A stretch of DNA of 64,000 bases from Armatimonadota bacterium (lineage in GTDB: Bacteria; Armatimonadota; SYMT01): positions 1 through 64,000 of the forward strand of contig JBKBRF010000030.1 of assembly GCA_046292385.1 (NCBI GenBank). Reading direction: 5' to 3'. Below, one piece after another: positions 30,449-39,629 of the stretch (positions within the stretch are counted from its first letter, which is position 1; each line of letters opens with the position of its first letter). The notes beneath the pieces were generated by a model. The model did not search any database, was not told the origin of the DNA, and saw only the letters and a program-made list of their open reading frames with translations. A program made the translations under genes and the position numbers.

Positions 30449-32455
30449 TCAGGCTGTGGGCGTGGGGCGGTCTTCGGCAGCGAAGCCTGGACCCTTGAGC
30501 AGATGGCGAATCGCCTCCGGATCGACCGGCTTGGTCAGGTGGTGGTCGAAGCCGGCCTGCTCGGCCTGCTCCCGGTCATGAGGACGGCCGTAGCCAGTGA
30601 CGGCGACCAGCGGAATATGCCGGAGCTCCGGGTTGCTGCGCAGCCGCCGCGCGACCTCGTAGCCGTCCATCCCCGGGAGACCGATATCGAGGATGACCAG
30701 CTCCGGCTTGTGCAGGCCGGCTTCCAGCAGCGCGGAGGCGCCGTCGTGCGCCACCGCCACGTGGTGTCCCCACAGCTCCAGCAGCTCCGAGAGCGTCTCC
30801 GCGGCGTCGACGTTATCGTCCACCACCAGAATCTGCTTGCCGCTGACCGGTACGGGAGTGGCGGCCTCCGGACCCCCGGCATCCGCGGCGAGCGGCACGC
30901 CGGTGGTGACTGGAAGCCACACGGTGAACTCGCTGCCGCGCCCGGCGCCCTCACTGTGAGCCTCGATGGTGCCGCCATGGAGCTCGACGAGGTTCTTGAC
31001 CAGGGTGAGCCCGATTCCGAGACCCTGCTGATCGGCCTCTCCGGCGTGATCCAGGCGCGTGAACAGCTGGAACACCTCGCCGAGACGCCCGGTGGGGATG
31101 CCCTGGCCGGTATCCTTCACCCGGATGCACACCTGATCGGCGGCTCGCTCCACCCGTAGCTCGATGCGGCCTCCCGGCGGCGTGTACTTCGCCGCGTTGT
31201 TCAGCAGGTTGCCGATCACCTGGGTGAGCCGAGCCGGATCCGCGAAGAGGCACAACGGGGCCTCTTCGAGCCGGACCTCGAGCTGGTGCGCCCGGCTCTC
31301 GATCAGCGGCGCCGCCATCTGCACCGCCTGTTCTAGCAGGCTCCGCAGATCCACGCGCTCCAGCCGCAGCTCGATGGTCCCCCGCGTAATCCGCGCGACG
31401 TCGAGCAGGTCGTCAATCAGCCGCGCCATGTGACGGATCTGCCGCTCGATCACCAGCCGCTGGCGCCGGACGACCTCCGGCGAGGAGTTTTCCTGGAGGA
31501 TCGCCGTGGCGGAGAGGATGGGGGCAAGAGGATTGCGCAGCTCATGCCCCAGGATCGCCAGGAACCGGTTCTTCTCGGCATCGGCAGCAGCCAGCGCCTC
31601 GGCCTGACGTCGGAGCTGCTCCTCGTTCCGCTTCTGATCGGTGACGTCGGTACAGAGACCCACCCATTCGCGAACGCCGCCGTCCCGATCCAGCACCGGC
31701 ACCCCGCGGGAGGCGAAGTGCCGGTAGGTTCCGTCACTGGCAAGCAGCCGGTACTCCGTGGCGTACAGTGTCCGAGTCCGGCACGCGTCCAGCCAGCTAG
31801 CCCGCACCCGCTCCCGATCATCCGGGTGCAGGTCGTCCAGCCAGCGGAGCCCGAGAGTCGTCTCCGCCTCCTTTCCGGTTACCTGCCGCCAGCCCGGCAT
31901 GTCCTGCGTGACGTTTCCGGCCTCATCAGTGGTCCAGACGACCTGGGAGATCGCCTCGACCAGGCTGCGATACCGCTGCTCGCTGGTGCGCAGCGCTGCT
32001 TCGAGCCGGGTACGCTCCCGGCGCTCATCCCGCTCCCGAAGCGCCCGCTGCACCGCGGGAGTCAGGCGCTCCAGCCGGTCCTTCAACACGTAATCCGTGG
32101 CACCCCGCTTCAGCGTGTCGATCGCCAGCTCTTCTCCCAGCGCGCCGGTCACGAAGAGAAAGGGGATGTCGGGGCGATAGGCTCGGGTCAGCTCCAGGGC
32201 GGTGATTCCGTCGAACGACGGCAGGGAGTAGTCGGCGAGGATCAGGTCCGGGTCGCGCGCCAGCTCGCGGGTGAAATCCGCCTCGGTGTCGACTCGCACC
32301 GCTTCGACGAGCTCCAGACCCCCGTCCGTGAGGTGCGCCAGGGCCAGCTCCGCGTCGAGCGGGCTGTCCTCGAGCAGCAGCAGCCGCAGCGGCTCCGGGG
32401 CCCTCCCCGGAGTCGCCGTACTGCTTTCCGCCGTGTTGTCCGTTGGATGGTACAT
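30449..32455 (-). CDS. Hybrid histidine kinase (REC-PAS-HisKA-HATPase-REC)
   Basis: LLEDS, DYSLP, PAS, LGHELRNPL, NLLNNAAKYT, GLGIGL, LDIGLPGMDG. Confidence 0.93.
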   Translation of the reverse strand: MYHPTDNTAESSTATPGRAPEPLRLLLLEDSPLDAELALAHLTDGGLELVEAVRVDTEADFTRELARDPDLILADYSLPSFDGITALELTRAYRPDIPFLFVTGALGEELAIDTLKRGATDYVLKDRLERLTPAVQRALRERDERRERTRLEAALRTSEQRYRSLVEAISQVVWTTDEAGNVTQDMPGWRQVTGKEAETTLGLRWLDDLHPDDRERVRASWLDACRTRTLYATEYRLLASDGTYRHFASRGVPVLDRDGGVREWVGLCTDVTDQKRNEEQLRRQAEALAAADAEKNRFLAILGHELRNPLAPILSATAILQENSSPEVVRRQRLVIERQIRHMARLIDDLLDVARITRGTIELRLERVDLRSLLEQAVQMAAPLIESRAHQLEVRLEEAPLCLFADPARLTQVIGNLLNNAAKYTPPGGRIELRVERAADQVCIRVKDTGQGIPTGRLGEVFQLFTRLDHAGEADQQGLGIGLTLVKNLVELHGGTIEAHSEGAGRGSEFTVWLPVTTGVPLAADAGGPEAATPVPVSGKQILVVDDNVDAAETLSELLELWGHHVAVAHDGASALLEAGLHKPELVILDIGLPGMDGYEVARRLRSNPELRHIPLVAVTGYGRPHDREQAEQAGFDHHLTKPVDPEAIRHLLKGPGFAAEDRPTPTA

Positions 32456-32474
32456 GCGATGGCCGAGCCGCGCG

Positions 32475-32936
32475 CTACTGTTTCACCGAGCCGGGCGGCG
32501 GCTGGTTGATGATCGCCCAGAACAATCCGAGCTCGCGGATGGCGCTGACGAACTCGGTAAAGTCGACCGGCTTGACCACGTAAGCGTTCACGCCGAGGCT
32601 GTAGCTCCGGATCAGGTCCTTCTCCTCGTTGGATGAAGTGAGCATCACGACCGGGACGTAGCGGAGGCCGTCGTTCTGGCGCATCTGCTCCAGCACCTCG
32701 AGGCCGTCTACCTTCGGGAGCTTCAGGTCGAGGAGCACCACCGCCGGGTTGCCTTCCGCGCGCAGCCGGAATATTCCCCGCCGGTTCAGGTAGTCGAGCG
32801 CCTCCTGCCCATCCCGCACCACTACCACCTCGTTCGCCAGGTGGTTCTCCTCCATGGCGTTCAGGACCAGCTCGATGTCGTTCGGGCTGTCTTCCACGAG
32901 CAGGATGCGCTTCAACTCCGCGGCGGGTTCCATCAC
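32475..32936 (-). CDS. Single-domain response regulator (Rcp1-like)
   Basis: [30 protein letters not shown] tail. Confidence 0.92.
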   Translation of the reverse strand: MMEPAAELKRILLVEDSPNDIELVLNAMEENHLANEVVVVRDGQEALDYLNRRGIFRLRAEGNPAVVLLDLKLPKVDGLEVLEQMRQNDGLRYVPVVMLTSSNEEKDLIRSYSLGVNAYVVKPVDFTEFVSAIRELGLFWAIINQPPPGSVKQ

Positions 32937-35900
32937 CGGTCCTTTCCGTTCAGATCTGGCAGTGAGAAGTAAAACGTGGCGCCTCGATCCAGCTCGCCCT
33001 CGGCCCAGACCCGTCCGCCGTGCCGATGGATGATGCGGCGCACGTTGGCGAGTCCGATACCGGTGCCTTCGAAGTCTTCCGCGCGATGCAGGCGCTGGAA
33101 GACGCCGAAGAGCTTGTTGGCGTACTGCATATCGAATCCGACGCCGTTGTCCCGCACGAAGAAGATTGTCTCGTCCTCACCCCGGTAGGTGCCGATCTCG
33201 ACTCGCGCCTGGGCGCGAGGCCGGCTGTACTTCACGGCGTTCGAGGCGAGATTCCGGAGCACCAGCCGGAGCATCGAGGCATCGGCTTGCACCGAGGGGA
33301 GCGGTGCGATTGCCCACTCGATCTCCCGCCCCAGCATCTCCGGCTCCAGGTCCCGGCGCACTTCCTCGACCAGGCGGTTCAAGTCCACCGTCATGAACCG
33401 CATCTCCGCCCGACCCATGCGGGAGAAGGCGAGCAGGTCATCCACCAGCGCGCCCGCATGCTTTGCCGATTCGCGGATGGTACGCAGGTAGCGGCGGCTC
33501 GCCTCGTCGAGCGCCCCCGCGGCCCGTTTCTCCAGCATATCCGCAAATCCGGAGATGTGGCGTACCGGCGCTCTCAGGTCGTGCGACACCGAGTACGAGA
33601 ATGCTTCCAGCTCCCGGTTTGCGTCCTGGAGGGCTGCGGTCCGCTCCTGCACGCGGCGCTCCAGCGTGGCATTCAACCGGCGGATCTCCTCTTCGGCGCG
33701 CTTGCGCTCGATCCCCTGCGCGATGACGCCCGCCACGGAGGCGAGCGCCTGGAGGGTGTCTTCCGGCAGCGCCTCTCGCGCAAACAGCGCCAGCACTCCG
33801 ACCAGCCGCTCTTCCACCACGAGCGGATAGCCGGCAAAGGCCTGCATCCCTTCCCGCCGCGCCCACTCCTGGTTGCTCACGCGGGAATCGGTCTGAACCG
33901 AGTTCGTCAGGTGAGGCAGCCGCTCTTCGGCGATGCGGCCGATCTTGAACGCGCCGACCGGCACCCGCCCGTGTGCGCCGTCGATGTGCGTGTAGAGCCC
34001 CGCGCTCGCCTCCAGCTCCAGGACGTTCTCTTCCGCGTTGAGGGTCCAGACCCGGGCGAACGCCGCGCCGAGGTGGTCCACGATCGCCTGGGTGCACCGC
34101 TGCAGCGACCGGCGAAGCGAGCCGGTTTCATTCAGGGCCAGGCCCACCTCGGCCACCAGCGCCGCCTGCCGGGCGCGCCGCTCCTCGACCCGACGCGCTG
34201 ACTCCGTCTCGTTATAGAGCCGCGCGTTATCGAGCGCGACCGAAGCCAGCTGCGCGAGCTGCAGGAGGACCGCCTCGTCCTCCTCTGTGAACTCCCCTTC
34301 GTACCGGTCGGAGAGCTGGATCAGGCCGATGTTCCGTCCGTCTCGAGACGTCAGCGGCACCGCCAGCCAACCCCGCATCGGCGGGTGCTGGTCGGCCCAC
34401 TTGCCGAACCCCCTCCACTGCGGGTGACGGACCAGCTCCTCCTGGGTGAGACGCATCGGCTGGTTCAGCCGGCAGACTTCCGCATAGATGCCGGACCCGT
34501 CCGGGGGCTCGACAAAGTCCTTCCACCGAGCGTACTTCTCCGACAGGGAAAGACCCGTAATCGCCTGGCTCCAGTTGTGGTCGATGGTCAGGCTGACCAC
34601 CCCCTGGTGCGCGCCGATAATCTCCCGCGCCTGGTGGGTGATGGTGTCCAGCAGCTCCTGTACCGACAGCGTCAGGTTGATCGCCAGCGAAGCATCCGTG
34701 ATCTTCCGCTGGCGCTCGGCATGCTCCCGCTCTCGCTGCAGCAGCCGTCGGCGCTCCGTAACGTCCTGCATCGCCCCGACCAGGCGGATCGGACGGCCGG
34801 ACTCGTCGTGGATAGCGTAGCCGCGGTCGAAGATCAGCGCGTAGCTGCCATCCGCCTTCTGGAAGCGATACTCGTCCGACCAGGAGCGGCCGCCATGATC
34901 GATGACGGCGTGGATCCCGCCCACCACTCGCTGCCGATCGTCCGGATGGATCTGCTCATACCACCAGCTCGCGTCCGCCGGAATCGCCTCCCGCTCGTAT
35001 CCGAAGAGGCTGCGCACGCCCTCGTTCCACCAGACGGTGTTCTCCACCAGGTTCCAGTCCCAGATCGCGTCGTTCGTGGCGCGGGAGACGATCTCAAACC
35101 GCTCCACGCTCTCCCGCAGCGCCTGCTGGGCCTGCTTCTCCTCGGTGAGATCCCGCACCTCGACCACGGTCCCGATCGGGATTCCGTCCCGGAAGATCGG
35201 CTCCGCCGCCACCAGCACGGGGAAGAAGGTGCCGTCCTTCCGGATGAAGACGTCCTCGTGAGCGCGGACCTGGTTCTTTTCCGGCAGCGCCCGGTCGATG
35301 GGACACTCGGTAAGGGGATAGGGGCGGCCGTCCGGGTGGTGGTGGTGGATCGCGTCGTGCAGCGGAAGGTCCCGCAGCTCCTCCAGCCGGTAGCCGATCA
35401 TCGCCTCCGCCGCCGGGTTCATGAAGGTGCAGCGCCCCTGCGTGTCCATCATGAACAGCGCCGCCGTGGCGTTGTCCGTGATGGTCCGGTTCAGGTTCGC
35501 CAGCTCCTGGATGCGTTCGCGCGTCCGCACGTGCTCGGTCACGTCCACGCCGTGGACGAAAACCCCGGAGATCGAGCCATCCGCCTCCCGGAGCGGCTGG
35601 AACACGAAGTTGACGATCACCTCCTGCGGCGGGCCGCCGGGCTCGTGCTGGATCGTCACGGGCATCTCCGTGCCCACGAACGGCTCGCCGGTCTCGCAAA
35701 CCCGGTCGAGCAGCTCGAAATACCCCTGCCCCTCTACCTCCGGCAGCGCCTCCCGCACCGGCTTGCCCAGGATCTCCCGATGCCCGACCAGCTGCAGATA
35801 GGCGGGGTTGGCGATCTCGAACACGTGGTCCGGTCCCCGCAGCGCGGCGATGAACGCCGGCGCCTGGGTGAAGACGTCGCGGAGCCTTTGCCGCTCCGTC

Positions 35901-36748
35901 TCGAGCTGCTGCTCGAGCTGCCGAAGCCCCGACACATCGGAATGCAGCCCGATCCACTCCCGAACGGAGCCATCCCGATCGAGAATCGGGATCCCGCGAA
36001 CCAGCATCGAGCGGTAAACTCCGTCCCGTCGACGAAGTCGATGCTCGACCTCGTACGACACCTTTCGCTCGACCGCCGACATCCAGGTGGCGATGGTCTG
36101 ATCCCGGTCTTCCGGATGGACGGCCTGCAGCCAGCCCTCTCCCCGGTATTCCTCCCACGATTGTCCCGTAAAGGCTTCCCACTCCGGAATCGGGTTCTCG
36201 ATCCGTCCTGTGGGGGCCACGTTCCAGGCGATGGAGGCGGTCGCCCGCACGAGGGAGCGATACCGCGCCTCGCTCTCGAGCAGCGCTTGTTGGGCCTGCT
36301 TCTCCTCGGTGACGTCCCGCACCTCGACCACGGTTCCGATCGGGACTCCGTCCCGGAAGATCGGCTCCGCCGCCACCAGCACGGGGAAGAAGGTGCCGTC
36401 CTTCCGGATGAAGACGTCCTCGTGGGCGCGGACCTGGTTCTTCTCCGGCAGCGCCCGGTCGATGGGGCACTCGGTGAGGGGATAGGGGCGGCCGTCCGGG
36501 TGGTGATGGTGGATCGCGTCGTGCAGCGGAAGGTCCCGCAGCTCCTCCAGCCGGTAGCCGATCATCGCCTCCGCCGCCGGGTTCATGAAGGTGCAGCGCC
36601 CCTGCGTGTCCATCATGAACAGCGCCGCCGTGGCGTTCGCGGCAATCGTCGCTGCGAGCGAGCCTTCGATTACCCGTTCCGGCTCGGGCGCGGGACCCGC
36701 GTCGGGCCCCGAGATCAGGATTTCGGTAGCGGAAGTAACGGCACTCAC
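32933..36748 (-). CDS. Multi-sensor histidine kinase (5 PAS, 2 GAF, HisKA, HATPase)
   Basis: [30 protein letters not shown]. Start uncertain; the ORF is open to 36925. Confidence 0.9.
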   Translation of the reverse strand: MSAVTSATEILISGPDAGPAPEPERVIEGSLAATIAANATAALFMMDTQGRCTFMNPAAEAMIGYRLEELRDLPLHDAIHHHHPDGRPYPLTECPIDRALPEKNQVRAHEDVFIRKDGTFFPVLVAAEPIFRDGVPIGTVVEVRDVTEEKQAQQALLESEARYRSLVRATASIAWNVAPTGRIENPIPEWEAFTGQSWEEYRGEGWLQAVHPEDRDQTIATWMSAVERKVSYEVEHRLRRRDGVYRSMLVRGIPILDRDGSVREWIGLHSDVSGLRQLEQQLETERQRLRDVFTQAPAFIAALRGPDHVFEIANPAYLQLVGHREILGKPVREALPEVEGQGYFELLDRVCETGEPFVGTEMPVTIQHEPGGPPQEVIVNFVFQPLREADGSISGVFVHGVDVTEHVRTRERIQELANLNRTITDNATAALFMMDTQGRCTFMNPAAEAMIGYRLEELRDLPLHDAIHHHHPDGRPYPLTECPIDRALPEKNQVRAHEDVFIRKDGTFFPVLVAAEPIFRDGIPIGTVVEVRDLTEEKQAQQALRESVERFEIVSRATNDAIWDWNLVENTVWWNEGVRSLFGYEREAIPADASWWYEQIHPDDRQRVVGGIHAVIDHGGRSWSDEYRFQKADGSYALIFDRGYAIHDESGRPIRLVGAMQDVTERRRLLQREREHAERQRKITDASLAINLTLSVQELLDTITHQAREIIGAHQGVVSLTIDHNWSQAITGLSLSEKYARWKDFVEPPDGSGIYAEVCRLNQPMRLTQEELVRHPQWRGFGKWADQHPPMRGWLAVPLTSRDGRNIGLIQLSDRYEGEFTEEDEAVLLQLAQLASVALDNARLYNETESARRVEERRARQAALVAEVGLALNETGSLRRSLQRCTQAIVDHLGAAFARVWTLNAEENVLELEASAGLYTHIDGAHGRVPVGAFKIGRIAEERLPHLTNSVQTDSRVSNQEWARREGMQAFAGYPLVVEERLVGVLALFAREALPEDTLQALASVAGVIAQGIERKRAEEEIRRLNATLERRVQERTAALQDANRELEAFSYSVSHDLRAPVRHISGFADMLEKRAAGALDEASRRYLRTIRESAKHAGALVDDLLAFSRMGRAEMRFMTVDLNRLVEEVRRDLEPEMLGREIEWAIAPLPSVQADASMLRLVLRNLASNAVKYSRPRAQARVEIGTYRGEDETIFFVRDNGVGFDMQYANKLFGVFQRLHRAEDFEGTGIGLANVRRIIHRHGGRVWAEGELDRGATFYFSLPDLNGKDR
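35117..36637. repeat. Intragenic 357-bp direct repeat (35117-35473 and 36281-36637) encoding duplicated PAS domains
   Basis: Near-identical DNA (about 11 mismatches by eye); offset 1164 nt, in frame. Confidence 0.92.
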
Positions 36749-37057
36749 CGGTGTAGCGGGTCCTGGTCGAAAAGGGAGCGACGGAAGCGGGAGACCTGCC
36801 CGGCGACGGTTGCTCCGCAGCGGGAGCCAGCTTTCGAACGGTTGGCAGCCAAAGGAGCAAGCGGGGAGCCGCTCGGAGGCCGCCGGAGCGAGGAGTCGGG
36901 AAGGCTCAAGCACAGGTATAACCACCCGAGCGCCGCCGTAAACCTGGTGGAAGCGAGCGCGGCGGGGTGCCTTCGGTAACTCCGCGGGCGGCCGCCCCCT
37001 TTCCCAGGCGTGTCTCGGCCGCGTCTCCGGCGCGGCCGAATTTCCCGCGCCGGGCTC

Positions 37058-37086
37058 TTGACTTCGATCCGGCCCTCACCTATAAT
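37058..37086 (+). promoter_or_regulatory. Sigma70-type promoter TTGACT-N17-TATAAT for the tRNA pair
   Basis: Near-perfect consensus, 25 nt upstream of tRNA-Phe. Confidence 0.85.
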
Positions 37087-37111
37087 CACCCTCGCCGCCG
37101 GAACAGGCTGC

Positions 37112-37184
<73 letters not shown>

Positions 37185-37202
37185 CTTAACACACTTCCGG
37201 CC

Positions 37203-37275
37203 GCCGACGTAGCTCAGTTGGCAGAGCAGCTGTTTCGTAAACAGCAGGTCACCGGTTCGAGCCCGGTCGTCGGCT
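37203..37275 (+). tRNA. tRNA-Thr (CGT), CCA not encoded
   Basis: GCCGACG/CGTCGGC acceptor stem, anticodon arm GCTGT-TTCGTAA-ACAGC, GGTTCGAGCC. Confidence 0.95.
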
Positions 37276-37292
37276 ACCCCGTCCCACCTCCT

Positions 37293-37325
37293 GAAGGCGC
37301 CCTTTGCGGCGCCTTCTCGTGTTTT
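37293..37325 (+). terminator. Intrinsic terminator after the tRNA pair
   Basis: GAAGGCGCC-N6-GGCGCCTTC followed by TCGTGTTTT. Confidence 0.65.
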
Positions 37326-37422
37326 CTGCCCCTGCCTGTGGCGAGCATCGCAGCAGCTTCGGCCGTCGATTCCCCGCGAGTGAATCGCGCCTGCCGCGGG
37401 AACAGTCCTGCGGGAGGACGTT

Positions 37423-37686
37423 ATGCCAGAAGTACGGTGTACCGTTTGTAACTGCGAGTACTGGGACGAGGGGAACGCCTGCTCCGCGGGGCAGATCCTG
37501 ATTACGGCGGGAGGGGTCGGGACGGATGACCCGGCGGGCGAGCAGGCGGCGCGGCTGCCGGCGACGCCGATCCCGACCGCCGCCTACAGCCTCTGCCGGA
37601 CCTACACGCCGCGCGGCTCGGAGGATCCGGACGAGGTGGAGACCGGCTCGGAGGTGGAGGCGAATCTCGATCTGCCCTTGCGCTGA
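37423..37686 (+). CDS. DUF1540-like small Cys-rich protein
   Basis: VRCTVCNCEYW...CSA..I.I...CRTY; GGAGG RBS. Confidence 0.75.
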   Translation: MPEVRCTVCNCEYWDEGNACSAGQILITAGGVGTDDPAGEQAARLPATPIPTAAYSLCRTYTPRGSEDPDEVETGSEVEANLDLPLR

Positions 37687-37796
37687 CGGCTGCTTTACTC
37701 TGCTGCCGGGCAGGTTAAGATAGGCCTGTCCGGCAGCCCGGCACGCTGCCGCGATGCTTTCGAAGAGTGCCGTCGAGCCGAACCGGAGAGCCCCCG

Positions 37797-38021
37797 ATGA
37801 AAGTGCGCATCGAGTACTGCACCGCTTGAAACTACCTGCCCCGGGCCGTGGGCCTGGCCGACAAGGTGTTGAACCATTACAAGACGGCGATCAGCTCGCT
37901 GGAGCTCGTCCCCAGCAGTGGGGGAGTGTTCGAAGTCTCCGTGGATGGGGAGCTGGCGTTCTCCAAGAAGGAGAGCGGGCGGTTTCCGGAGTGGGAGGAG
38001 ATCCGGGGGGCGTTGGCCTGA
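37797..38021 (+). CDS. Rdx family (SelW/SelT/SelH) selenoprotein, in-frame TGA = Sec at 37827-37829
   Basis: Reads MKVRIEYCTA(U)NYLPRAVGLADKVL...PSSGGVFEVSVDGELAFSKKESGRFPEWEEIRGALA; CxxU motif; GGAGAG RBS. Absent from the ORF track. Confidence 0.92.
37841..37857 (+). promoter_or_regulatory. Putative bacterial SECIS hairpin CCGGGCC-GTG-GGCCTGG
   Basis: Stem starts 11 nt after the UGA, with G in the apical loop. Confidence 0.6.
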
Positions 38022-38090
38022 CGTTTCGACACGTTCTGGGGGTTCGCAGGAGCACCCTCCTGGCGGACCGCCGGCCTTGCCCGAGGGCCG

Positions 38091-38632
38091 ACCCCGAGCC
38101 CTAGTCGGCCGATTCAGCCCTCCCGCGACGTGGGCCCTCCGCCGGCCCTTTCACACTCCGCTTCGCTCCGTTAGCGGGCCGCTCCGGGAGTGCGCTCCGG
38201 AATGCTCTTCCCGCGCCACAGCCACGGCATCCATCAAGGGCGCGGCTCACGGGCTGAATCGGCCGCCGTCGAGCTACCACCCCTGACTCCCAGGGGTGGT
38301 CACAAGTGGCGTCCTGCGGACGCGTCGGGTTGGTGCAGTTCGGGGGGCCTACGCTGCGCCACGTTTAAGCAGAGCGCCAAAACCTGCGGAGCCCGGAGGC
38401 GGAGCCGGAGGGGTCCACTTGTGAAGACCCCTGGCGAGGGGTCTTCGCTTGAGCCGTCCGGAGCGGCCCGTGAGCCGCCCCGATGCGGACGCCGCAGCCT
38501 GCGACCGCGGAGCTCAGCAGCACGGGGAGTTCGCCCGGAGCAGTCCGCTAGCGGAGCCGCAGGCGGAGCGTGAAAGGACTGCGGGAGGGCCCAACTCGCG
38601 GGAGGGCCGGTCCGGCGGTGAGGGCGCGGGGT
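38091..38632. repeat. ~540 bp fold-back intergenic element, copy 2
   Basis: Colinear with 16853-17426; shared block GCCCGGAGCAGTCCGCTAGCGGAGCCGCAGGCGGAGCGTGAAAGGACTGCGGGAGGGCC. Confidence 0.85.
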
Positions 38633-38739
38633 GGGAACCTCGGGGAGATGCTGGGTTCGCCACGCCAGCCCACATTCGCCGCACACCTCCGGTGGTGGGG
38701 ATTCGGCCGGGCCGAACCCCCACTCCGGAACAGAGATTA

Positions 38740-39387
38740 TTACAGCGCGAACTCTCCGAAGAAGGCGTTGTTCTGGTCGGTGGCGCTCCAGGCCTTCAGG
38801 AGGGTGCCGTCGCGGTACTCCACGTTGACGCAGTAGCCGGTCTTCGCGGCCTTCACCGGGATGAACGGCTTGCCCCAGACCTCGTACGGCTGCTTGCAGC
38901 AGAGCTCGGCGGTGCCCTTCTTGATCTTCATGGAGGCGCGGCCGTCGACCGCCACCGTGAACATGTCCTTGGCGGAGTCGAAGCGGACCGGCGCGACGCG
39001 GACGTCGACCACTTCGCCGAGGGCGCCCGCGGCGCGCTCCTTCAGCAGGGCGGCGGCGGCCTGGCGCTGGGCCGGCGTGGCGGCCTCGGAGAGGTAGACG
39101 ACCGAGCGGCGCTTCGCGTCGTCGAACTTCAGGTGCTTGTCCGCGGCGACCACGGCGACCACGTTCACGCCTTCCATCGAGACGCCCTGGTACTCGCCGC
39201 CGGTCATCTTCCACGCCAGCACCGCGTTGCGGCCGGCGGTCAGGATCTCACCCTCGTGGTGGCAGGCGCCGACGAAGACGTTCGCAGAGCGGGCCTCCAC
39301 GTACTCGCCGGTGACGGCGGGCGCGGCCTGCGCGGCGCTCGCGAGGACGGCGGTCAGCGCGGTCGCGGCAAAGATGGAGAACTTCAT
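38740..39387 (-). CDS. DUF1326-like secreted protein
   Basis: Signal peptide; GEYVEARSANVFVGACH..GE; AGGAGG RBS. Confidence 0.7.
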   Translation of the reverse strand: MKFSIFAATALTAVLASAAQAAPAVTGEYVEARSANVFVGACHHEGEILTAGRNAVLAWKMTGGEYQGVSMEGVNVVAVVAADKHLKFDDAKRRSVVYLSEAATPAQRQAAAALLKERAAGALGEVVDVRVAPVRFDSAKDMFTVAVDGRASMKIKKGTAELCCKQPYEVWGKPFIPVKAAKTGYCVNVEYRDGTLLKAWSATDQNNAFFGEFAL

Positions 39388-39629
39388 CCCGGATTCCCTC
39401 CTGAGGTGCGGTGTGCCCCGCACGTTACAGATCACCTGTCAGGGTCGACCGGGTAGGCCGACGAGCCGGGATCGCCCGGCGACACGGTTTACCTGAGTAT
39501 TCTACGACACCTTGCCCCCGGTCGGGTTTCGCCAATCCGGCTCCATGGGGCCGCAACTCCCCGCGCGCCGCGAACTCTCAGTAGGTCAAAGCCGGAGCCT
39601 TGGATCGATCAGTCAACCCGGAAACTGGT

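Noticed and set aside
37797..38021. Rdx gene as a nonsense pseudogene
   Set aside because: The TGA falls exactly at the redox Sec/Cys position, the rest is intact and a SECIS-like hairpin follows.
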